64,000 nt of DNA, taken from Candidatus Saccharimonadota bacterium. GTDB lineage: Bacteria > Patescibacteriota > Saccharimonadia > Saccharimonadales > 2-12-FULL-41-12. Below, piece by piece: positions 26,850-35,700 of this stretch. The number at the start of each line of letters is the position of its first letter. Positions within the stretch are counted from its first letter, which is position 1. The translations under genes were made by a program, and so were the position numbers. The DNA is taken from the NCBI GenBank assembly GCA_022842995.1, contig JALHOM010000003.1, positions 12,659-76,658 of the forward strand, given 5' to 3'. The notes below the pieces were generated by a model. It was not told the origin of the DNA. It worked only from the letters and a program-made list of their open reading frames with translations, and made no database searches.

Positions 26850-27773
26850 ATGCTTAAGCTCATTGCCGTTTGCCTGATGCTCCTCTCTTTCGTTTGGGGG
26901 TTCAATATTCAAAGTGCCCACGCCGATAGCTACGACGTTTCTGCCAGCGTACCGTTCCCCGCGCCAACTGCGGCCGCGGTTATCGACCCCAGCTTTGCCG
27001 GATCCACCCAAACAGCGGAAGTCGTAGAGCTATTTGGCACCTGCCAAAGTGTATATCCATCCTCAATAGTATCAATTTGGCGAGACGGACAGTTATTGGG
27101 CTCTACGAACTGCCAAGCCAACAATACCTTTCGTCTCAATATTACCTTAGCCCTGGGCGGCAACTCGCTGATTGCTCGAACGAGTAGCATCTCCTTGATC
27201 TATGGACCCGACAGCCAGCCGGTTAATGTAACTTATACACCATCAACAGTGCCAACAATCGCCTCACCTGGCCCTACTCCTGCGACAAACAACCCCTCCG
27301 ACCTAAGAATCACGAGCAATCAACCAGTAGCCGTCATGAGCGAATCCAACACCGTAACGATAGAAATAAAAGTCGATGGCGGCACAAGTCCCTACACCAT
27401 CACTATCAACTGGGGTGATGGCTCAACCGAAACGCAAACGGTTGCTGGACCGGGCCTGTATCGCTTTACACATACCTATGCCTCGCCGAATATCTTCCGC
27501 GTACTGGCTAGCGTGACCGATGTTCTGGGTGCCACAAAAGTTTTTCAATTTATCGTTACATCAACCTCTCCGCAAGCAGCTACCGCCCAAAAGCCTACGG
27601 CCGAAACGACCCCTCAATCCGCAGACAGTAAAGGTCGCAATTACTTCTTGTTGCTCGGCACATTTATCGGCTTATTTGTTTTGTTAATTATCTTTTTGAC
27701 TAGTTTCTGGCTCGGCAGACGTTACGAGCACAAACATGCGGTCGTCGCCAAAAAAAGGACGAATAAACGATGA
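26850..27773 (+). CDS. secreted PKD-domain protein with C-terminal TM anchor
   Basis: ATG at 26850 gives MLKLIAVCLMLLSF (signal peptide); the track start at 26811 is TTG. ITINWGDGSTE...HTYASPNIFRVLASVTDVLGAT is a PKD signature. C-terminal TM plus basic tail. Confidence 0.75.
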   Translation: MLKLIAVCLMLLSFVWGFNIQSAHADSYDVSASVPFPAPTAAAVIDPSFAGSTQTAEVVELFGTCQSVYPSSIVSIWRDGQLLGSTNCQANNTFRLNITLALGGNSLIARTSSISLIYGPDSQPVNVTYTPSTVPTIASPGPTPATNNPSDLRITSNQPVAVMSESNTVTIEIKVDGGTSPYTITINWGDGSTETQTVAGPGLYRFTHTYASPNIFRVLASVTDVLGATKVFQFIVTSTSPQAATAQKPTAETTPQSADSKGRNYFLLLGTFIGLFVLLIIFLTSFWLGRRYEHKHAVVAKKRTNKR

Positions 27774-28363
27774 ACATCCTAAAGCGTTTCAAAAAAATTT
27801 ACATCCTGCCGCTTGCCCTCTTGATTCTGTTTAGCGGCGGCTTCTTGATGCTCAAGAACTGGGCAGTGTCCCCAGCAACAGGAACCCTACCCGAGAAGCA
27901 AAATCCCACTTCGTCGGTCCAAGGTAGTACCCTTACCCTCCGAGATTTCTCTACAAGCGAATTCTCGACTAAAGTTAACGCCGAACTGATCGACAAGACA
28001 AAAAACACCGCCAAGCAAGGCTCTATCACGGGGCAGTTTCTGCTTTCAAATAAATCCATAGAGGTCAATGACCAGCTCGCCGTAACAATTGGTCTCGCCG
28101 ATTCAAATGATATTTCAGAATTATCGGCAGTTAAATTTCGTTTATCCCAGCCAGAAACGTACAAAACAGAGCCAGCTCCAGCAGGCTATCCGATCAATTC
28201 TGTTGTCTTTATTTCTACAAATGACGGTTTTGAAAAAGGTGTTTTCTGGATAGAGAACAACCGTTTTGCCCAGGTAGTCGGCACTGGACGCCTAAACACA
28301 CGAGCAAAAATCATTACTTCTACGGATACAGCCGTATTAAATTGGCAATGGAGCGAGCAATAA
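27770..28363 (+). CDS. N-terminally anchored hypothetical protein (197 aa)
   Basis: ATGA overlap with the upstream gene; TM LPLALLILFSGGFLML. Confidence 0.55.
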   Translation: MNILKRFKKIYILPLALLILFSGGFLMLKNWAVSPATGTLPEKQNPTSSVQGSTLTLRDFSTSEFSTKVNAELIDKTKNTAKQGSITGQFLLSNKSIEVNDQLAVTIGLADSNDISELSAVKFRLSQPETYKTEPAPAGYPINSVVFISTNDGFEKGVFWIENNRFAQVVGTGRLNTRAKIITSTDTAVLNWQWSEQ

Positions 28364-28388
28364 TCAACGTTTTGCTATAATTAAGCTT

Positions 28389-29444
28389 ATGCTTAATGGA
28401 GTTGTATCGGTGTTTACAGCTGGACTACTGTTATTTGCTACTTCGCCGAGTAGCACTAATTATGTATTGCCGTCCTATGACATCGGCTCCGGAGGAACAG
28501 ACAATAGCAGTAGCAGCAACTTTCGACTTAACGCCACAAGCGGGACCCAAAACACTTCTCAGCAAAGTTCGACGAACTTTCGCATCAATTCTGGTGAAAA
28601 CCCCACCCAAAACGCCAATGTAGTTTCGGCGCCCACCCTTACCAACCCCGAAAATTATTATGATCGCCTGCGTTTAGTCATAAACACATCGGGCAATCCC
28701 AGCGACACGCGTTACCTCATTGCTATCAGCTCAGATGGCTTCGCCACGTCCCGCTACGTCCAAACCGACAACTCAATTGGTACATCCACAGCCCTCACCA
28801 ACTATCGTACGTACGCCGCCTATGGCAGTGGCAGTGGCTTTTTAATACTAGGACTATCCCCCTCTACGACGTATCAGGCCCGGATCAAGGCAATAAGAGG
28901 CAACTTCACTGAAAATAATTTTGGACCGGCATCTACTTCTGCTGCAACGGTATCGCAAAACCTATCATTCGGAATCACCACGACATTAAGTGGGTCACCG
29001 CCGTTCTCGGCAAGTTTTTCGAGCTTAAATCCAGGCTCTGTCTCTTCGGCAAACGCTGATATCAATCTAGCCCTCTCTACCAATGCAATGAGCGGCGGCA
29101 GTATCTATTTGAAAGGAGTTAATTCGGGTCTACTAAGCCCATCGCAATCGTTCACCATCTCATCGGCAACGGCTGATTTGGGCAGCGCATCAAGTGGATA
29201 CGGTGCTCGAATACAGTCATCGTCTCAGGTTAGTGGCGGACCGCTAACCTCACTAGCCCCCTATAACGGCGCGGGCGATAATGTTGGCGCAATACCGGCC
29301 TCGTTTCAACCGCTCCTCAGCACAAGCGGGCCAATCACTACCGGCACTTCTGTTATCCGTTTACTTGCCAAAGTTACCGGCGATACACCCGGAGCAACAG
29401 ACTATAGCGACAGCTTGACGATCGTTGCCGCCATGGATTACTAG
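28389..29444 (+). CDS. secreted Ser/Thr-rich surface subunit A (351 aa), WxL-like/pilin-like (tentative)
   Basis: Signal peptide; repeated S.NY/NF..N..G modules; C-terminal strand TPGATDYSDSLTIVAAMDY shared with the next gene. Confidence 0.6.
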   Translation: MLNGVVSVFTAGLLLFATSPSSTNYVLPSYDIGSGGTDNSSSSNFRLNATSGTQNTSQQSSTNFRINSGENPTQNANVVSAPTLTNPENYYDRLRLVINTSGNPSDTRYLIAISSDGFATSRYVQTDNSIGTSTALTNYRTYAAYGSGSGFLILGLSPSTTYQARIKAIRGNFTENNFGPASTSAATVSQNLSFGITTTLSGSPPFSASFSSLNPGSVSSANADINLALSTNAMSGGSIYLKGVNSGLLSPSQSFTISSATADLGSASSGYGARIQSSSQVSGGPLTSLAPYNGAGDNVGAIPASFQPLLSTSGPITTGTSVIRLLAKVTGDTPGATDYSDSLTIVAAMDY

Positions 29445-29463
29445 CACTAAAATACTCTTTTTA

Positions 29464-29492
29464 TTGCTACAATGCGCACGTCTATGTATAAT
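29464..29492 (+). promoter_or_regulatory. strong sigma70-like promoter for subunit B
   Basis: TTGCTA (29464) - 17 nt - TATAAT (29487); GAGGAG RBS before the ATG at 29551. Confidence 0.65.
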
Positions 29493-29550
29493 TCAGATAT
29501 ATAAGCATAAGCAGTACGCGAGTACCGAAAGTAACTATGAGGAGTAGAAC

Positions 29551-30588
29551 ATGAGTTCATTAACGCAAACAAGGCGACTATCGTTAGTGGTTGCCTTTGG
29601 CCTAGTTTTGGCAGCCTGTATACCACTTTTAACGACACAGCTGGCGTCAGGCGCCACACTTACACGCACTCTTGTACGCTTTGATAGAATGCGGACTTCC
29701 ACGGCCACAACAGGAACTGTTTGTGCCAACCCTACTACAGTCGGCACCGAAGCCGATGTTCAAGTGACCTTCCCGACTGGCTACACCGTTAGTACCACTA
29801 CCGGCAACTGGACGGTTAACACCACTAACCTGGCATGGCCAGCAGGCGGAACAGCATGGCCAGGCATCGGCACGGCAACTGCTGCAGCCGGACAGACTGT
29901 CACCTTCCCAAGCACCGATCTCACCGTTGGAACACTTTATTGTTTTAACTGGACCAACACGGCAGCTCTCAGCATCAAAGCAGCCGCTACCAACTCTAAC
30001 TCAGGCACGGTAACATTACGCGCCAGTGGTCCAACCGTTATCGATAACGGTGATTTCTCCACTGCCAGCATTGCCGATGATCAAATTGTGGTTAGCGCTA
30101 CCGTAGCTCAGACATTCTCCTTTGCTTTATCGGCCAACACAGATGCTCTTGGTACTCTTAGCACCGGCTCAGTAACATCAAGTCCTACCCCTCGTACAGC
30201 GACGGTGAACACTAATGCCAAAAACGGTTGGCTGGTTTGGGCTCGTGATTCAAACACTGGGCTTAACTCGGCTTCAGCATCCTCAACAATCCCATCAACA
30301 ACTCCTGGCACCAACTCTACACTCACAGCCGGAACACCGGGCTACAATACCGGCGTAACATCCTCGCAAACCAGTGGCTCTGGAACGATTACCGTGGCGG
30401 TACCATTCGTCGGTGGAGCATCTCAGGGTGGTGGCTTAGACACATCACTAAGAACCATCGCCTCTAGTAACGGAACGGCAAATAATGCCGTACTCACTAT
30501 GACAAATAATGTCGCAATTAACGCAGTAACTCCTGCCGCGACCGATTACACAGATACAATTACAGTTGTCGGAGCAGGACTCTTCTAG
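29551..30588 (+). CDS. secreted Thr/Ala-rich surface subunit B (345 aa), paralog of subunit A; probable major subunit
   Basis: Signal peptide; C-terminus TPAATDYTDTITVVGAGLF; NGWLVWARDSN segment. Has its own consensus promoter, RBS and terminator. Confidence 0.65.
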   Translation: MSSLTQTRRLSLVVAFGLVLAACIPLLTTQLASGATLTRTLVRFDRMRTSTATTGTVCANPTTVGTEADVQVTFPTGYTVSTTTGNWTVNTTNLAWPAGGTAWPGIGTATAAAGQTVTFPSTDLTVGTLYCFNWTNTAALSIKAAATNSNSGTVTLRASGPTVIDNGDFSTASIADDQIVVSATVAQTFSFALSANTDALGTLSTGSVTSSPTPRTATVNTNAKNGWLVWARDSNTGLNSASASSTIPSTTPGTNSTLTAGTPGYNTGVTSSQTSGSGTITVAVPFVGGASQGGGLDTSLRTIASSNGTANNAVLTMTNNVAINAVTPAATDYTDTITVVGAGLF

Positions 30589-30610
30589 AGCAATCCAGTC
30601 ACAGAATCTA

Positions 30611-30651
30611 AACGCCGTAACGTGCAGTTGTCATTGTTACGGCGTTTTTTA
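30611..30651 (+). terminator. rho-independent terminator
   Basis: 11-bp stem AACGCCGTAAC/GTTACGGCGTT followed by TTTTTT. Confidence 0.85.
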
Positions 30652-30690
30652 TTACCCTTCAACTAGCGTAACCGTTATACTAGGTACAGA

Positions 30691-31764
30691 ATGAGGAAAG
30701 TTTACCTTGCTGCGTCATTTGCAGCTTGCATACTAGTGTTTACCGCAGTTACGGCTTCTGTTTTGAATGCACAAAACGATACCGCCAACGATGGCTTTTC
30801 TCTCCAAGTTACCCCTTCACCGATAATCTCGACTATTGAGCCCGGCAAAAAATCCGAGCTAGAATTCAAAGTCAAAAACGGTAGCTCCAAACCAGAGAAA
30901 CTTAAAGTCGAGCTCAAAAGCTTCGAAATTAATCCTCAAACCAACGATGTAAAAATTAAGGACGAAACACCAAGCGAAGTAGCCGACTTCGTTTCATTCA
31001 GTAACCCTTCCTTCACTGCAGAACCTGGTGAATGGTTTACACATAAGCTCATTGTTGATACACCACAAAATGCAGGGTTCACCTATAATTTTGTCGTTCT
31101 TATCAGTCGAGCATCCGCACCCGACAAAGTTGACGGCGGTAGTGCTCTAGAAGGTTCGGTTGCAATCTTCGCACTACTCTCTACCAATCGGCCTGACGCA
31201 GTAAAAAAACTTGAGATCGCAAGCTTTACATCCGCGAATAAGCTTTATGAATATGCACCAGCCAGCTTCGATCTTGTGGTCAAAAATAGCGGGAATACTT
31301 TCGTACAACCAGAGGGTAATATCTTTATCGGTCGATCTGCGGACGAAAAAAATCCAATCTCGGTTATTCAAATCAATCCCGGCAACGGCTACACCATCCC
31401 CGGAGCAAACCGTACATTAAAGGCCTCCTGGGAAGATGGTTTTCCTCGGCGAGACGAAAATGGCAAACTTATCTGGGACTGGTCTAAGTTATCACAGATC
31501 AGGCTGGGTAAATATACCGCCCAAGCAACACTCATCTACGACGATGGCCAGCGCGACAACGCCATAACGAGCACACTGACTTTCTGGGTAATTCCTTGGA
31601 AAATTCTCCTCGGGGTACTACTGTTTCTCATTATTTTACTGGTAGGAATTTACACTATTTTAAAGAAATCCTTCGGTGCTTTCAGCGCTAAACCCAAGAA
31701 AAAACTTGCACCAAAAGCTTCGGAATATACCTCTGACGATAAAACGTCCGACAGCGATGACTAA
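30691..31764 (+). CDS. signal-peptide protein with Ig-like ectodomain and C-terminal TM anchor (DUF916/DUF3324-like, tentative)
   Basis: FSLQVTPSPIISTIEPGKKSELEFKVKNGSSKPEKLKVELKSFEIN; C-terminal FWVIPWKILLGVLLFLIILLVGIYTILKK plus a charged tail. Confidence 0.6.
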   Translation: MRKVYLAASFAACILVFTAVTASVLNAQNDTANDGFSLQVTPSPIISTIEPGKKSELEFKVKNGSSKPEKLKVELKSFEINPQTNDVKIKDETPSEVADFVSFSNPSFTAEPGEWFTHKLIVDTPQNAGFTYNFVVLISRASAPDKVDGGSALEGSVAIFALLSTNRPDAVKKLEIASFTSANKLYEYAPASFDLVVKNSGNTFVQPEGNIFIGRSADEKNPISVIQINPGNGYTIPGANRTLKASWEDGFPRRDENGKLIWDWSKLSQIRLGKYTAQATLIYDDGQRDNAITSTLTFWVIPWKILLGVLLFLIILLVGIYTILKKSFGAFSAKPKKKLAPKASEYTSDDKTSDSDD

Positions 31765-32722
31765 ACTCCAACCAGCAATACTCAGATTTGTTGTTTGCCT
31801 TCTGCTAAGCGGGCTTCTTTTCAGCACTACGGCTTCTGCACAACTTAGCCAAAACCCCGTAAACACGATAACCGTCTCTCCGGCCACTGCCGAAGTTTTC
31901 GTGGCCGATGAAGACCCAGAAAAAGTCTTTATGATAACAGTACAAAACGGCTACCCTTCAACGGTTAATTTGGTTGCCGAGTTACGCGGAATAGATGATG
32001 TAAATGGCCGGATAATACCAACCGGCACCCCCTCGGCCGCGATATCCAAGCACCTCACTATCGACCAGCCTGAGTTTTCGGTGCCACCGAACGAAAAACG
32101 CTTTGTAAAAATTTTCGCAAAAAATTCCTCCAGTCTACCTGCGGGCGGTCACTATGGCAGCCTAGTTATTCGAAACATCGACAACAACAGCTCCACGTCA
32201 TCCCTGGATTCTCAGATCTCGGTCGGGGTCTTTCTTGTGAAAACTTCAGGGGTATCAAAGGAAATTCAGCTTGTTTCCAGCAAACTCATCAGCAATCGGC
32301 TTGGAGTACCCAAGGAAGTGCAACTGGAATTCTTCAATAACGGAAACATCCATCTCGTGCCTCGAGCATCGATTCAAGTTTTCGATGGCCAAACGTCGAT
32401 TTATCATGAGGTAATTAACCAACGCTCCAAACAAATATTGCCAGGAAAACGATACGGCGAAACAGTCCAGATACAACCAATAACAAGTTCGTTCTGGCCA
32501 CAAAAACTAACCGTAACAACCGAGTATCGTGCCGACGGAATCGATACTTCTAAATCCTGGCAAGTTTCTACATGGACATTTCCACCTCTGTTTATTATCA
32601 TGCTCATCGCCACAATCTCATGCTTCCTAGTTGCGGCTTTCTTCGCCCATAAAAATCGACATCGGCTCCGTGCAAGCTTACGAAAAACAGTGGCAAAAAT
32701 TGTACAATTCAAAAATTCTTAA
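31757..32722 (+). CDS. paralog of the 30691 gene (signal peptide, Ig-like ectodomain, C-terminal TM anchor)
   Basis: Start moved to MTKLQPAILRFVVCLLL (ATG 31757, overlapping the upstream stop as ATGACTAA). ITVSPATAEVFVADEDPEKVFMITVQNGYPSTVNLVAELRG; C-terminal TM FIIMLIATISCFLVAAFF. Confidence 0.6.
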   Translation: MTKLQPAILRFVVCLLLSGLLFSTTASAQLSQNPVNTITVSPATAEVFVADEDPEKVFMITVQNGYPSTVNLVAELRGIDDVNGRIIPTGTPSAAISKHLTIDQPEFSVPPNEKRFVKIFAKNSSSLPAGGHYGSLVIRNIDNNSSTSSLDSQISVGVFLVKTSGVSKEIQLVSSKLISNRLGVPKEVQLEFFNNGNIHLVPRASIQVFDGQTSIYHEVINQRSKQILPGKRYGETVQIQPITSSFWPQKLTVTTEYRADGIDTSKSWQVSTWTFPPLFIIMLIATISCFLVAAFFAHKNRHRLRASLRKTVAKIVQFKNS

Positions 32723-32762
32723 TTTTTTCAGATTTAATAGCAAATTTTCTCTGTTATTCCGC

Positions 32763-32791
32763 TTGAGCTTGGTAAGCAAAAGCGTTATAAT
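32763..32791 (+). promoter_or_regulatory. sigma70-like promoter for the giant gene
   Basis: TTGAGC (32763) - 17 nt - TATAAT (32786); the ATG is at 32800. Confidence 0.55.
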
Positions 32792-32799
32792 TTTTAGCA

Positions 32800-35700
32800 A
32801 TGAAGTCTTTTGGGTTAAGCGCTTGGGTGGGCGCCGCTTTAGTGGCATTATTATTGGTAGCTTTTCACGTACCGTTTTCACCCACGGCTTCTGCAGATAT
32901 TAATCCGCAAATAAACTTCCAGGGTAAGCTTACTAACCCCGACGGCACTAACGTCACAAACGGGACGTATTCGATTGTATTTAGTATTTATACTGTTTCG
33001 AGTGGCGGGTCTTCTGTCTGGACCGAAACCCAAAGCTCTGTCTCTGTTACCGATGGGATTTTCCGGGTTTCTTTGGGGAGCATAACACCACTGCCTGGCA
33101 GTGTTGATTTTAACAGCAACTCACTTCACCTCGGAATCCAGGTCGGTGCCGATGCCGAAATGACACCTCGAGTTCAGTTTACGGCTGCGCCATATGCCTT
33201 TAATTCCCAGCGACTCGGTGGTCTGACTGCCGACGGGTTCATAAGGCTCGGTAACGCTACCGCGCAGGCTGACGCCACAACGAACAACAGTATTTTTCTT
33301 AACAAAACCGCAGCTGGCAATATCGTCCTCCTACAATCCTCTGGAACCGATGTTTTCAGCGTAACTGGGGCCGGCAACATCCTCCTCGGTCAAAATGCCG
33401 ACAAAACCATCAGCGTTGCACAGACTGCCTCAAACGCTGGCGGTCAAGACTTAACGTTAATCGCCGGGCAAGGTGGCGCTGGGGCTGGCGCAAATGCCGG
33501 TGGCGCTACGACCATCCAAGGTGGTCAGGGTGGCGGCACTAACGGCGACGGTGGATCAGTTATTTTAGCTGGTGGCGCTGCTAGCGGTTCCGGATTAGCC
33601 GGCAACGTAACAGTCCGGAACGCCGCAAACTCAACCACTGCCTTCCAGGTCCAAAACGCAGCCGGGACAACAACGGTCCTGGCAGTCGATACCGTTGGGG
33701 GTAATGTTAATGTAAATGGCGGGGTTAATGTCAATACTGTCGACAGTTCAATCGTTAAAACCTCGTCTGCTGATTTCGCCCTTGGTACCGTGGGCGCATC
33801 CATCCTGAACGCCAATGGGCAATTAGAACTTAATGACGGGACTATCCCGAACGCTGGTCGTGGCACTATCACGACCGCTGGCCAGCCAGCCACTTCTGGC
33901 GCAATCGCTGCCGGGGCTTTAGCTATCTCTCGACCAGACGGACGCTACCTTGTACTGCGCGGTGGTGGTACTGGCATGGATATCTATGACTCGATCACCG
34001 GCACCTTCACCAACTCTGCCCAGGTTCTGAACGGGGTAGCCGGCGCTGGATCACTGGCATTTCCACGACCAACTGGTCAATACCGCATCATTCACGGCGG
34101 CGGCCTCACAACCACATCACTCGTTGACCCACAGGGCAATATCGCCGTCGGCGGCAGCGTAGCCGTTACTGCATCAAACGCCGGTACAATTGCCCACAAA
34201 CGCCCCGATGGCCGATATATATTTACCAACGGTGGCGCCGCATCAACACAGGTCTATAACCCTATAGCCGACAACTTTGCCGCCGGGCCGGCGCTGGCAA
34301 CCGGTACTTCTGGAGCTGGTTCATTATTCCTCCCCAGGAATGACGGCAGCGGCTTACTGATAAATGGCGGCGTAACCAGCACGACAAATGTCTACAACCC
34401 AACAACGGGCGCAGGCGACATTGGCGCCTTCACTGCCGGACCTTCCCTGGACGGCAACCAAGCAGCGGGCACCTGCGGTATCAACGGTGCCGGCTCAGTA
34501 GCCTTACGCAAAGCGGACGGCAAATACCTAATACTCTCGAGGGTCAATGTCTCGGCCACCTACGACCCAGTGGCCAATACGATCACATGTTCAACCACCG
34601 GGCCCGCCACTGCTCTTGGCGACGGTGCCCACGCCATTCCTTATCATGACGGTAAATTCTTAATCATTGTCGGCGGTAACTCCACTCTTTCTTACGTTTA
34701 TGACCAAAATGCCGGCACCTTCACCGTTCACAACACCGCCCTTACAGCAGTGACAACGGGCGCATTTTCGCTTATGCGACAAAACGGCACCTGGCAGATA
34801 ATTACCGGCACCGACACCTGCACCACCGGCTGCAGTAACAACCTCGACCTCGGTATGCCAATGAACGGCGCCACTGCTCGCTACACCACCGAAGATATCT
34901 CCACTACTTCATTAAACGAAGCAACAACGCTTAAATGGACAGCCCAGCTTGAAGCAATCTACGCTGCTGCATCTAACGGCACAACTAACTCAGCTTTCTC
35001 GGCCATGCAATTTTTTGTCCGAACTGCTACCAACTCAAGCGGCTGCACCACACCACTCAACAGTGCCATAGACAAAGAGATCACCGTTAACGGCGACTTT
35101 ATCCGTCCCTCCCCAACCGATAACTGCGTACGTATCAGCGTACAAATGAATCGACCCCTGCCAAAAAGAATCATCGACGAACGAGGTACTTGGACTGGCA
35201 ACAGCTCAACAATTTCACGGCTTGATTTCGTAACGCCAACCCTGTTCGACCTCGCCTTAGACAACTCGACTGTATTGCACCGCGATAGTTTCAATTTCAA
35301 TGCGCCCGGCTCACAAGAAAACAGCAACGGCACTATTCCAACCGCCATCACTTCAAATGCTCCGACCGCTGGTGGCGCTTGTACAGCTGGTAACCACTTC
35401 TGGTTCGTCACTTATGTCACTAACGGCGTCGAGTCACGTCTGAGCCCTACTTCTGCCGTCCAAAACTGTACCGGACCAAATGGTACCGTGTCTCTAACGA
35501 CTATTCCAACCGGACCCAGTGGCACGACTGCTCGCAAAATATATAGAACCAAGGCCGCCGCCCTCGCTACCGACACACCATATCTTTTAACAACTATCAA
35601 CGATAACGTCACCACCATCTTCAGCGACACCCTCGCCGACACCTCACTTGGTGCAGCCTACACGTACATCGAAAACTCAGGGCCTATTGGCACCAGGGTT

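Noticed and set aside
26714-26857. Untracked 47-codon ORF (MNDATSMERALKDYALTSTKNRFQNSELLCSVFASGILWVYFSIRYA) whose stop overlaps the ATG of the PKD gene.
   Set aside because: It is a possible leader peptide or small membrane protein. However, there is no RBS, no conservation evidence is available, and it is short enough to arise by chance. Not reported as a feature.
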